A DNA stretch of 63,440 nucleotides, counting the filler, from Diploschistes diacapsis (taxonomy: Eukaryota), in assembly GCA_023645945.1 (NCBI GenBank). It is 18 parts of 18 records of this genome, joined end to end, with 100 filler letters (N's around TTAATTAATTAA, not from the genome) between each part and the next. Parts side by side here need not be neighbours in the genome. Positions count along the whole stretch, not along the records: positions 1 to 24,690 come from JALAIB010000232.1; 17 more parts are not named here. One strand, 5' to 3'. This document shows, in pieces, positions 1 through 12,286 of this stretch; the stretch's first letter is position 1; each line of letters starts with the position of its first letter. The notes beneath the pieces were generated by a model. That model had not been told where the DNA came from and did no database searches. It saw only the letters and a program-made list of their open reading frames with translations. A program made the translations under genes and the position numbers.

Positions 1-299
1 TTACAATTATGACGTTTATTTTTTACGTTTTTATTTATTTAAAAAAATTATACTGCGATATTTCGGTAGATTTACCGTAATATTTCGATAAATTTATTAT
101 AATATAATATCCGTGTTAATATTAATATTTTAAATTTTTTAATTATAATGTCCGTGTCCGTGTTTTTACTATAATATAATATCCGTATTAGTGTTCGTGT
201 TTTAAAATTTTAACTATCGTGTCCGTGTTAGTGTCCGTGTTTTAAAATTTTTTGTTATAATATCCGTGTCAGTGACCGTGGCACGAAACGGCCAGCCTA
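1..299 (+). mobile_element. Right end of a non-autonomous hAT-like element (MITE family H), RIP-mutated
   Basis: GTGTCC/GTGTCA hexamer arrays ending ACGGCCAGCCTA; collinear with the right part of the full copy at 59899-60468. Confidence 0.75.
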
Positions 300-422
300 G
301 TTTGGGGGTGCAACTCCCAATAAACCTACCCAGTTTTTTAAGCCTAGATTTTTTACTTAATACTTACTGCTTCGCTTAGGAACTTGGAGGGTGACACCAT
401 GTGTCGCCAGACACATGGTATT
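300..422 (+). mobile_element. Repeat terminus with terminal hairpin (Helentron/Helitron2-like 3' end)
   Basis: About 120 bp near-identical to the reverse complement of 51841-51963; ends with ACACCATGTGTC-GCCA-GACACATGGTAT hairpin followed by T. Confidence 0.55.
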
Positions 423-1140
423 CCGTACAGTGACTCCTTTGCGGGTTTTGCCTGTTTTCCACGTGCATGCTTCGAACGAGCTACTTTGGTCTTCGGTAGC
501 CTTAAGCAAGTAAGACGGCAGCCAATTCAATTCCTCTATTTAATGTTACTTTTTCTACAGCCGGTAGCAGCGTTGGTACATACCAGACTCAAAGGGGTGT
601 ACTTTGGTGCAATTCTACTGTGCCTCGGTGCATGCTTATCCCGTTCAACGCTGGAGAGAGAGGTTGGGGAACTAGCAGCTTTTACGACTGTCACTGTCGG
701 CATTCCAGCGATGCAGTAATAGTAGCGCTACGTAAACGAGAGTGACGTACAGTTTCCGAGTAGACTCGCTCTGAATACATATTTCGTCTGTAGTAGTAAT
801 AAAGCGGAAAAGTTTTTTGGAGGAGTTTTAGCAGCATTCATTGGTGGGATTCCACCGCACTTCCTAGAGGGGCAGCTGCAAGCGAGGCTTGGCTTGGCGC
901 GCGAAAAACTTCCCTCCTGTTGAAAGCAAAATTCAATCTTTGGGTGTGGGAAGAAGCTCCCTTCAACAGTGTTTAGGTTGTGGTACCATGGCCTTCGCTC
1001 ACCACAGCTTTCTGACCATCCCGCCCTCTTGAAAATGCTGGCACGCGTGAATTACAATTGTCTGCAGCTCGATAATCGCATTGGCTAGCCTTCACTACCA
1101 GGAGCCGAGCTCCCCACCGACTCCAAAAACCTCCTGAGCC

Positions 1141-4100
1141 ATGGACATCCACCGCTGTCGCTTCGTCCCCTACCCAGCATCGCCTATCAACGCCCTCGCT
1201 TTCTCTCATCAGTCGTCTGTCAAGGGCAGATCGCCGAAGAATCTTCGTCTGGCGCTAGGTAGGGCGAACGGAGATATTGAGCTGTGGGATCCTAAGAATG
1301 GTGCTTGGGTTCAAGAGCTCGTGCTAAAAGGGGGGAAGGGCAGAAGTATCGAGGGGCTGGTCTGGACGCACGATGTGGAGGATGAAGGCTGGAACGGGAA
1401 GAAGGAAGCCGGCAGGCTCCGGTTGTTCAGTATCGGCTACTCCAACGCGGTCACGGAATGGGACATCAGCACCGGCATGCCATTGCGGAATTGCAGCGGC
1501 AACTATGGCGAGATCTGGTGTATCGCGGCTCAACCGAGGTGGGATGAGAGGCAGGACAAGCAAAGCAGCAAGCAGAACCAGCTTTTAGCGGTGGGATGCG
1601 CTGACGGATCCATCGTACTACACTCGACTGGAGATGGTGATTTGACCTATCTGCGGACCCTACAGAGGCCATCGAACTTGAGAGCTCGGATCCTGAGCCT
1701 CACATTCAACGGACGGGATGCGCTGATTGCAGGGTGTTCCGACAGCACCATCTGGATTTACGACATTCGTGGTATGGGAAGGGTTAAGAATACCATGTCC
1801 CTGGGAGCCGGCCCAAAGGGTAGGTCAAACGACATTCTTGTGTGGACGGTCAAGACTATCGGGCAAAACCATCTTGTATCTGGGGATTCGAACGGCGAGG
1901 TACGGTTTTGGGATCTCAGAACTGCGACTCAGCTACAAAGACTCAAGTGCCACGCTGCAGACATACATGAGATCGCGCCGAGTGCGGACGGACTCTCTTT
2001 GTTGAGCGCTGGTGCTGATAGAAAGCTATGCAAACTCCAATGCAGCAACGAATCGCGCCGTTGGCACAAGGTGTCCCACCAGCGAATCCACCATAGCGAA
2101 GTCAAAGCCATGGGGGTTTTCGATACGAAAAGCATCAGCGTCGTGGTTTCCGGAGGTAAGTACTATGGCCCCCTTTGCAACCACTATGTCTCATAGAAGT
2201 TCCAGGAGGCGACTCTGTACCAATAGTGACACCTCTTCGCCGCTTTGGAGCCGAGAATCAACGGTCTCTTTCGAATCTTCCCACCGTTCCTCCACTTGTG
2301 AGCGCTTCCAAAGAACGAATAATAGTGAGCTGGTGGGATCGTGAGATCAGCCTATGTCGTGTGACGGCAGATATGCTCAAGCAGAAGAGCTTTCATGATG
2401 GTTCTAATAACAAGAATTCCATGGACAGAATTCTGATACAGGTTAGTTAGGCTATGTCACTGGATAGGATCATTCTGATATGGCTCAGGGCGAAGAGGCC
2501 ATCACATCGGTATCCATCTCACCGGACGGGAGGTCAGGGCTGGTAGTAGCAACGAGTGTCGGCTGCAAGGCCTTCAGTGTGAAGCGCCCGAAACAATCGC
2601 TGCCAGCACCGCCAGCGTCAACAAAGAAAGGAATCAAGATACGTAAGATGGAAGTCCCGCAATCACTGTCTCGTTGTGGAGCTAGACACTTGCAGTTCTC
2701 ACCGGACGGCAGATGGTTACTCGTTGTCCGCCCGGATAGCCAGCTTCTACTCTATCGGTTCGTTCTTGCTGGAAACTCGGAAGGTCAATCCGAGATCCTC
2801 GACAACCCTATCGAGCTTCACCGGGGAGAACATCCTTTACCCACACCTCCCTCGCCTTTTGAGGGAACAATGGGCGAGTATTGGAAGTCAGTATGCCGGG
2901 TTGCCTGGTCCAGCGACAGCAGAGTTCTTGCATGCAGTGATCTTTCCGGACACCTGGACGCATGGATTCTGCAAGGGAAAGAACGATGTCCAGAGGGCCA
3001 GGACGTCGAGGCAAAGCCGTCAATGAACGGTACAATCAATGGCACTCGAAAGGATGTCGACGACGAATCTCAGAGTTCTGGCGAAGAAGACTCATTCTTG
3101 GATGACTCTCATGAGGTATTGGGGCAATTCTGGTCGCTTTCAAAACCAGGCCTCCCAAAGCTCTCGACATTCCCGCTGGTCCTGTCTTTTTGCCCCGGTA
3201 GTACACCGCATAGGCTGGTCGCCATCACATCATTGCACGAAGTCTACGAGTTCGAAGTCCTTCGCGGAAGCCTATCAGATTGGTCTCGAAGGAATCCACC
3301 CTCTCATTTTCCAACCGAATTCCTGAAGGACAGGGACAGAGTGATGGGCTGCATCTGGGATGCGAACAACAGCAAGAAGCGAATGTGGATTTACAGCACT
3401 ACTGCATTGTGGATGTTTGACTTGTCCCGAGATTTTCCGAACCCGGACTGTGCTGTGAAGGCGAGGTCGCAGGCTCCCGTGGCGTCCCAAGAGCATCCCG
3501 AAGCATCTATCGTCAGCACAAGGAAACGTAAGCATGATGACGAAATGTCGTGCCAAGGTGCAGAAGATCAGCAAACGGTAGATACCTGGGCCCGGAGCAT
3601 GCTTCTGCGTAGCGCCGGTGGTAGGCTGGCGGCTCCTCTGATTCGTCATGGTCTTGGCAACGACATCAAGACTACAACGACAGACAAAATGCAGGAATCC
3701 AGCGAGATGTATAAAATAGATCTCGATGAAGACGGAAGTTTCGAAGGATTCAGCGACGGGGAAGACGAGGTGGCAAGCAGAAGCCACGACGTGTCTTCGG
3801 CGTTGGCTGAGTACCGTCGGGTACGTGGAGCCAAAGAAGTGCGAGGCGACGGGCGGCCTGACACTGCGCGGAAAGCCTCGGACGAAGAAGACATGAGCGG
3901 TGGGCAAAGGAGGATGGAAGGCATCGACGAGGATATACAGGATCGAGAGCGACAGCTACGGTTCGCGGATGGAAAACCCAGTCGGGCTTCGGAAAAACAC
4001 GCACACTTCTGGCGTACATACAAGTACCGGCCCATCCTCGGGATTGTACCGCTTGATAAGACGGGAGACGAAGCGATGGCGGGAATTGAGGATGACGAAG

Positions 4101-4183
4101 TACTCCCGGACATCGAAGTGGCGCTAGTCGAGAGGCCTCTGTGGGAGACTGATTTGGACTTGCCCTGGGAAAGCCACCCGTAA
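1141..4183 (+). CDS. UTP4: U3 snoRNA-associated protein 4 (WD40, SSU processome); exons 1141-2155, 2206-2441, 2489-4183
   Basis: N-terminus MDIHRCRFVPYP, LALGRANGDIELW, RLFSIG, LSDWSRRN and C-terminal YKYRPILGIVPL...EVALVERPLW; GT-AG introns 2156-2205 and 2442-2488 join the three ORFs in frame. Confidence 0.93.
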
Positions 4184-5321
4184 GGGAGCCAGCAGCGGTC
4201 ATAGGAACTGCGTACTCCCTATCTTGTACCAAACGCCTACCGACCCAAACGGGGGATAGTCCCCACGGGTTGAAGGAGCCATGTATGGAGCAGACGCGGG
4301 AATTGAGGGCCCTGTGGCTAGAACCGGTGCATCAATCTGGGCCAGTAGCGAGGTCGCAGATTGTGCCACGCGGACGTGGAGATCCCTACTGGGCCCTGTG
4401 AACTATGTTCCAAAGCAAGTGAAGCATTGTTCTGCCAACCTTGGTGCTTGTGTTCTGATCCAGGCCGCGACAGCTGTCGGGTTCATAGCGTATGCCGCTG
4501 AGTTGCTGGAAATCAAAGGCTAGGACAGCGCTAGCAGAGGCCAATCGTCGGATTAACCTAAGATGTGCTCGACGGCATCGCGGCGGTGGCGAGGAAGAAA
4601 TTCATGTCTGGGGAAAGGGGCGACGACAAGGTATCTGGTGTTACTGTTGATGTGTACTACCAAAGCTACCCGGCCTGTAGGGCTCTTACAGCATGAAAGG
4701 CTCCGCTTTCGATGCTTGGGGGCAAAAGATGGAATATCACCGTCACGGCAGATCAAAAGTTTTATAGATGGCCGTCTGCCAATCACAAATCACATGGCCT
4801 GTCTTACCTTACACAAGTCTCAGATAACTCCTTTATTCAAGGAAGTCTACTCAATCGTAGCATTCTCTATTGGGAGGCGGGTACAAGCGTCTGGCATCGT
4901 TTTGCTCCTTTTTCTGTGCATTAATACATTATTATAAAGGGCTCGCAGGTGTCAGTGCGGCAAAGGAGCCAATAGCAGGCGAGCAATAAAAGGCCACACA
5001 AATAAACATGGCGGTTATTGGTCGAGACTGGGTAAGAGCAAAGGGGCCACGTAAGAAACTGGACGCACGTCTCTCTCTCTGTCTGTCTCTGTCTCTGTGC
5101 ACCCAAGTCGATGCACTAATTAATACGTATCCATATTACTGTACAAAGGCATGTGGTTTGGTAGCGGTCGTTGGGTGGCGTGATTGTGTTTCCTTTTGTT
5201 GTTATTCAAGTTGAAGTAATAAGTGATGGTAATAGTGATGCTAACTAGTTGCAGAGGCTGACGCGTACAGAATGCCAAGACATGCCAAGATCAGCCCAGC
5301 GTTGACCATTTGAAAAAATAT

Positions 5322-5351
5322 GAGAGAGAAGAGAGAGAGAAGAGAGAGAGA

Positions 5352-5394
<43 letters not shown>
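5322..5394. repeat. (GA)n microsatellite
   Basis: Visible GA/GAA tract. Confidence 0.9.
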
Positions 5395-5992
5395 TACAAG
5401 TCTGGCCGTGTGCCTTTCCAAGCCAAAGCAAAAGTATCTAACTTGCAAATCGCTCTATAAGCAGCACGAATCACCAATCACGCGCATCTCTAGCAAATCA
5501 CACCGAACGGCATGCCACGTACGCACCTCTGAAGCCGGCCTGTACCGCTTTGAAAAAGGTTGACACACTTTCTTATCACAATCACCACACAGTATTCTAC
5601 TCGAATGAATCTCTGAACATTATCTGCCATAAAAGACCTGCTGGATCTCGTGAACGCCAGACGGGGCTGTGTATTGTCCTATCCCCCATCCAGGTCCTGA
5701 TTGCGACGACGCCCGGGAGGCTGAAACTTAGTCCCTAAGAACAGAGTGTGGCGAGGGGTGAACCCTGCCAACTACGCAAGCTGCCCAAAGTCCAACAACT
5801 TCGATTTCGCTTCCATTCCTTGTCGCTCCCATATCCAAAGCAAAAGACCACTGCAGGCCTTCTGTTCGACCTCCTGAATTCCATCTTTGGAAAAATACAC
5901 ACCTTCTCGCTGCTGCATCATCCTTGGCGAGCGAATTCACGACTTTTTAAGACGAGCACAGAGGCTCTTGCGCTGTGTGGCAGCCCATAGCC

Positions 5993-7454
5993 ATGGCGGA
6001 CGGCAACAACCGTCACCACCATACCATCCCGCGAAAGCCCGTGCGGTCGCGGCAGCATGTCGATATCGACGTTGTCGACCTCACAAATCGATTCGAACGG
6101 ATGCTGAGCGCACGACGCATGACCGAACTCGCCGAGCGAGCCAGATCGAGGTCGTCGACACCGGCCAACGATCACTCTTCCCCTCGGCCCGTATCCACTC
6201 ACCAGAGAGTCCCTCCTCCGTACTCTTCGTTGCGGAATATCCCCAAATTCGCCACGCCGGCGCGAGATCACCAGTCGCAAAGGTTTCGGAGCATGCTGAT
6301 AGCCGCGTCCACGACGCCGTGCAAGTACGAGAACCCGGGCCTGCTGGACGAAGCATTGGCCGAGGTTCCACTGGACAGGATCTACGGCGAGGCGGACGAG
6401 GAGTCGCAGCTGTTGCAGGCCCAAGCGGCTAGCATATCGGACAGGGAGAAGCCCCAGTGGGGCTACCACGATTGTGTTATCCGGGCGTTGTTGAGGTGAG
6501 CTCGGTGCTTGGTTGTGTGGCAGGCTTGACTGATCGCGGTTCTTCAGGTGGTTCAAGCGATCGTTCATGACATGGGTCAATAACCCGCCGTGCGAAATCT
6601 GCGGCATGCCCACCATCGCCGTTGGCATGACGCCACCCGACCAGGACGAGCGGGCAAGAGGTGCGTTCAGGGTGGAACTATACCAGTGTTCGGCCGCGGA
6701 GTGCCGGGCCTACGAACGGTTCCCACGGTACGGTGACGTGTGGGCCATCATGAAGTCGAGAAGGGGTCGCGTGGGGGAGTGGGCAAACTGCTTCACCATG
6801 CTCTGTCGTGCGCTCGGCAGCAGGGTGCGATGGGTATGGAACCAGGAGGACCACGTGTGGACCGAGGTGTACTCGGAGCACCAGAAGCGATGGATTCACG
6901 TCGACGCATGCGAGGAGGCGTGGGACACTCCTCGCCTTTACGCAGAGGGTACGCCTTCTTCCCCCTTTTTTTCCTTTGCCACGATGTTGTTGTTGCTAAC
7001 TCTCCCTGCAAAAGGCTGGGGAAAGCGAATGTCCTACGTGATCGCCTTCTCCAACGAAGGCTGCACCGACGTGACTCGCCGCTACGTCCGCAACCCCGTG
7101 ACGCACGGCGCCGAGCGCAACCGATGCCCCGAGGAGGTGCTCATGTACATCATCAACGAGATCCGGCAGATGCGCCGCGAGGGGCTGTCGAAGGAGGAAA
7201 AGCGGCGTATCATCCGTGAAGACCAGCGCGAAGAGCGCGAGCTGAGGGACTGTCTTGTCTTTTCGCTCACGAGCGAGCTGGAGAAGAGCCTGGCCCCGAG
7301 GTCACATGGTGGAAGCAGCGGATCGTTGGAGATCAAGGTGCCTGCCAGGGCGACGACAGGAACGGAGGCGTACAGGAGGGTGAGAGAGCAGAATGGGGGT
7401 GGTGGACAGCAGGACGGACAGCATCCGCCGAGGGAGGGAGAGGGGAGGAGGTAA
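5993..7454 (+). CDS. PNG1: Peptide:N-glycanase orthologue (transglutaminase-like fold); exons 5993-6495, 6548-6948, 7015-7454
   Basis: ALLRWFK..F.WVNNPPC..C zinc site, [60 protein letters not shown] introns 6496-6547 and 6949-7014. Confidence 0.93.
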
Positions 7455-8567
7455 GGAGGAGGATTGAGCGAAGGTCGCCTCGGAAGCGGCTCCTACAGCA
7501 ATCTTGCTCCAGGGGATATTTCGACACTCCATCTTAGGACGGACGATTTGTCGAGGTAATACCGGAAAATATGATCCCGCATTCGGCGACATGGCAGCGA
7601 AGACGGTCCCAAGCTCCTCGGCTACCCTGTATCGCTCTTTGGGGTAAAGCCAACTACAAAAGTCTCGACCGCAAGCACACCACGACGCCAACTCACCACT
7701 TTCGGCGAGAAATGCAGTACTATAATTTGCGTGTTCACCGCGTTATGGCGCCAACACATTGGCCGCCACATATTTGATTCGGCCACGATAAGCCACTGGC
7801 TCTATATCCAGGGCATGGAGAACCCAGCCATGCCGCCATCACGATTGTGTCATCTTACATCAACACCAAGCGATTTACGCTTTCATCATAACGAATCCTG
7901 ATGTGTCGTCGAGAAGACGACCGGGAAGGGGGGGGGGGGCGAACGAGGAGAAAGAGGGGAGTTCAAAACCAGGAGTTCAGCACAGCGACGGCGTTACGAT
8001 TGGTCATTCGTATCCCATCACGTCACGTCACATTTACGACGCGGGAGCATATGCATGATCTCCCTTCGGGTTCATCGGCACCAATAGAGACGCATTACTT
8101 GTACGATTAGCGAGCGATGGCAGCGACCTTTTTCCTTCTTTGTGGGAAGGGGACTTGGGCGCGGAATGGGGTGCGTTGTATCCATCTTTCAAGCATGACG
8201 GAAGGCGGGGAAGGAGGAACAATGGCCGCATATGGGCGTACGGGGTGCGCAGGATGCTGGAACGGGATATTCGAGGTAGAGGACATTATGACTGGAGGAA
8301 GGAGAGGGAGGATGTTGAAAGGGGGTTATGTATCCGATACCTGCTATCGGGGGACAAGCCTTCTTGCGTAGTGTGCAGTTGTGACTCGTAGCTGCTCAGC
8401 AACAGGATATCACAAGCCTCGAACCTGCCCATACATCTATGCATCCGTCCATCCATCCATCGTGTTCGGTGCTGTATGATGTAAAACCCTTGTCGAATTT
8501 CATGGCCTGTCCACCGTACCTGGATAACTAGCCCGCTGTGCATTCCACCTCTGCCCCTTCCCTACGT

Positions 8568-8578
8568 GCAGCAGCAGC

Positions 8579-8642
<64 letters not shown>
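8568..8642. repeat. (CAG)n(TAG)n trinucleotide microsatellite
   Basis: About 20 perfect TAG units preceded by CAG units. Confidence 0.95.
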
Positions 8643-10807
8643 CGTTGTTCATGTGTGTGTATATATACACATACCCTGTCCAGTCCATCGCAATACTCCA
8701 CCACAGGCCTAAGGCTATAATGGAGTAGAATAGCAAGCAGACATTCTGTTTTTGGTTTTTGGTTTTCATTTCTTTTCCGCTCAACCTCCTGCGCTGCGTA
8801 TCCCATCCCATCGTAATTGTGAGAAAGGAGAAGTGCTTACAGGACCAACTGGCTTCCCTTTTTCTCTCTTTTTTTTGTTTCGTTTTTTGGAACCGCCTTT
8901 TCTTGTGTTTCGGGTGTTGCGGCGGAAGGTATACACGGGCTCATGCTGATGCTATCCTATTTTCCGGGATCTATATTGATTGTGTTATTTTGATGTAATG
9001 GGGGAGGGCGATGGCACGGCCTGACCTTTAGCTTTCGGATTCCTATATAGACATCTATATAGCAGATGCTTGGCCTGTTATCCCGTTTATACATAGTCCT
9101 TGCGGTAATCTCTCGCCCCAGTTTTATTTACTTTACTTTACTTTTCTTTTCGTATGTATCTCTTTCTTTTCCTCCATCTGTTCCTATCCATCCACCATCC
9201 AGGTTGGTAACCGTATCTGTATCCATACCCTACTCACATTCCCCATCTCCATCCCGTTCTCGCCACCACGAAGGCCCGATGCAGAACAGCAGTAATGAGG
9301 CCGGAGATATCACACAAGTAAACCAGTATCCGACAACAAACAAAGGGTTAAGATCCGAGGGACAGCGAGGGCGATAGACGAGAGAAGCAAAGGAGAAAGA
9401 GAAGAAAAGGGGGAAGGAACAAGACCAAAGACAAAAGAAAAAGGGAAAAGGGACACGAGGAGGCATCCCCATCACCGCATACCACTTGCACGCACCTTGA
9501 GCACAGGCTTGTTCTCGTTCCCTTTCTTTGTTTTATTTTATTTTATTTCATCGCCCAGTTGGAGGCCCACCTACCCAATACCCCCCCAGTATCTGATACC
9601 ACGGGCACAAGCCGGCTACCTGCCAGACTCTATCTAAGAGACTGTGCTGCTGCTGCTGCTGCCCATTGGAAAGTGCCTCCGCTCCCTCCCTCCGCCATAT
9701 TACATATTGTGTATCACGGCTGCACCCCCTCTCTGCCGCCCACCGACCGACCCAAACTACGCATACACACGCAGGCAAGCGAGAGAGAGGTTCCACAGCA
9801 AAAAGATCGAAACCCCGTACGTGCAGCTCCACTCCACTCCTTTGTTTCCCCCATTGTATTTTTTTTGGGTTCCGCACCCAAGTTTTTATTACTAAAAAGC
9901 CTTTTCGAGATCTCTGCAATGGTGGTTGGACCCTACACGTCGCGTGCATAGGGGATAAGACGGGATAATATTATGCCCCTGGTTTGAGTAGTTGTGGGCA
10001 TGCATATATATATACATATATGTATGTATACGTATTCGTAAGTAGTGCTCTGCGTGAATCCTAGTATAGCGTCGGTGCCGATGCGGATGGAATCTTCCGT
10101 GGACCGGGCATTGGTCGAATGAATGAATGGATAAATGAATGGATCGTGTTACGGGATATGGGATACGAGCGGGGGAAGCGGAAAGGAAGAGAACAAAGGA
10201 AAAAAGAAGGAGAGAAGGAAAGACCACAAGATATATATACACACATACACATATACATATACAATTATATACACCGGCACCCAGCAGCGCTCCGATAATC
10301 TAACCCTATAAAAACCCAGCAGCAAACAGCCCCCAACCACAGCACACCCCAAACCAAATCATCCCAAATAAACCATCCCAAATAAACCAGAATCGCCCCA
10401 AACACACCCCCTCCACGCCATCGCCATCGATACTTCACGATAAAGAAAGGCACCAACCCTCCCCGTTCCCCATTCCCTACTTCAAAAACAAAACGTCCCC
10501 CGCGCTCCCCCAAAGAAAAAAAAAAAGAAAAAAGCCAGAGAAGCCGAGAACACGAAGATAAAAAAACAAAAACAAAAACAAAACAAAACATGATACAACC
10601 GCCCTCCATAATACAGAGTCTGTCCCGAATTGGACGGGGAAGCTGAATCGGCCCCACGAGGCAATGCAATGCAACGCAACGCAACGCAAGGAAACACGAG
10701 GGAACACGAGGGAGGGAGAGCTGGGAGATTCGGAGGGTTTGGATATCTATTTATGGACGAGGAGGTGGAAGAAACGGAAAGAAAGGGGATGGGGGATAAG
10801 AGGAGAT

Positions 10808-10850
10808 AGGAAAGGAAAGGAAAGGAAAGGAAAGGAAAGGAAAGGAAAGG
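10808..10850. repeat. (GGAAA)n pentanucleotide repeat
   Basis: Visible tandem array. Confidence 0.9.
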
Positions 10851-10936
10851 AGGGGGCGAGTAAGCGAAAAAAGAGAGGTGGTTGGGCGCGAGATGCGTGT
10901 TTGTTGCCTATGCCTGTGCCTAGATAGGACATGATA

Positions 10937-11120
10937 TGAGTGAGTGAGTGAGTGTGAGTGAATAAATAAATAAGTGAGTAAGTGAGTGAGTGAATAAATA
11001 AATGAGTGAATAAATAAATAAATGAGTGAATAAATAAATAAGTGAATGTTGTGAGTGAGTAAATAAGTGAGTGAGTGAATAAGTGAATGAGTGAATGAGT
11101 AAATAAATGAATGAGTGAGT
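10937..11120. repeat. Compound (TGAG)/(TAAA)/(TGAA) tetranucleotide repeat
   Basis: About 180 bp mixed tetramer array with no C on the + strand. Confidence 0.9.
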
Positions 11121-12019
11121 ATTTCGTAGATTGGGGAGTTGGAGAATGTACCTGGATAGATACTTCCTTCTGCCAAACTGGACGTTGCAACGGGTGCCTG
11201 AGGGACACGAACCTGGGCTGGTGGTGATCTTAGCACTAATCGGCCTTGCTGCGTTAGGCTAATAATCTCACTGGAAAGTAGGGACTCGCACTATTCCGGC
11301 AGAGCTGCTACAGCACGTCTGAATAAACACACAGTAATCAAGTGGTCAAAGGGTCTGGTACATGTAATTGGTCATTGCATTAATCGCCAAAGGAGCAGCG
11401 CTTCGTCAGTCCATCTAAGATATCAAGCAAGGCATTCATCATCTCCAAAGTCGACCGACTCCCAGCGCACGCCCTAGTGGCGAATGTGTCATGGTCTTCT
11501 TCCCATCCGTCTATCCAGTGATGATCCAGCGCGCTGACTCCCTCGAAAATACACAGACCAGTGACAAAGCAGTCCATCGGCGCCTCCCGCCCTTTGCCTC
11601 CGCCCTCCGCCCTCGGTCCCATTGCAGATCCCAAGAAAACGAGACGCCCCGTTACATTGCCAAAAGCCCAAAGCCCAAAGCCCAATCCATCCAGTAGGCC
11701 GCGCCCGTCATGATTCGCTAGCGTACAAAATTATGAGTCGATTCCGTGTCAAAATCAGAAGGCATCTAATACTAAACAAAAAGGGTAAAAACCAAAAGCC
11801 ACAAAGTGAAAGGCATCCAAGGCGTTGTGCTGAAGCGCAGGCATAGACCATAAACCCCGTGCTGCCATCGCTGCCCGTAGCGGTAAGATCAGGCGCAGAG
11901 AATCCCTCGCCTTGATTGAAGTCGGTCGCGCTGCTCTTCGGTATCAATCCACAAGGAAGAGTGCATCAGCTGGCCAGGAAAATAAGTCGACGTTGCAACC
12001 AAGACAAGAGAAGCGGGTT

Positions 12020-12286
12020 TCAGTACCGCGTGTTCTTGTCCTGGTCTTTCGTCCTCTTGAAATCGTAGGTTTTGTCGCCGTGGTGGATGACTGGCTTTGA
12101 TTTGGGCTTTGGCTTCGGCGCCGACGACGACGAAGACGAGATGTGCGATGTGTGCTCTAGGTGAATGTTAGTCTTGGGGCACTGGCCCGAGAAACAACAA
12201 AAAGGAGAAGGAGACATACTCGTGTCAGGGGAGGAGCGGTAAGCAGCAGGGCTGGAGGGAGAGCGGGAGGATTTGTAGTCCGGCAT
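12020..12286 (-). CDS. Small basic Ser/Lys-rich hypothetical protein, 67 aa; exons 12286-12220 and 12156-12020
   Basis: ATG in CAAGATG context; canonical 63-nt intron (GTATGT...ACTAAC...TAG); TATA-like sequence near 12505-12520. Confidence 0.6.
   Translation of the reverse strand: MPDYKSSRSPSSPAAYRSSPDTSMSPSPFCCFSGQCPKTNIHLEHTSHISSSSSSAPKPKPKSKPVIHHGDKTYDFKRTKDQDKNTRY

Noticed and set aside
4260..4700. Possible second small secreted gene on the - strand (..VLAFDFQQLSGIRYEPDSC..)
   Set aside because: No consistent start or splice model could be built
10300..10308. CTAACCCTA as a possible telomerase RNA template in the gene-free region
   Set aside because: Only a 9-mer; no pseudoknot, P6.1 or 3' processing signal recognised; expected by chance
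8500..11236. Poly-Leu, poly-Thr, poly-Val and HSLI-repeat ORFs
   Set aside because: Translations of microsatellites
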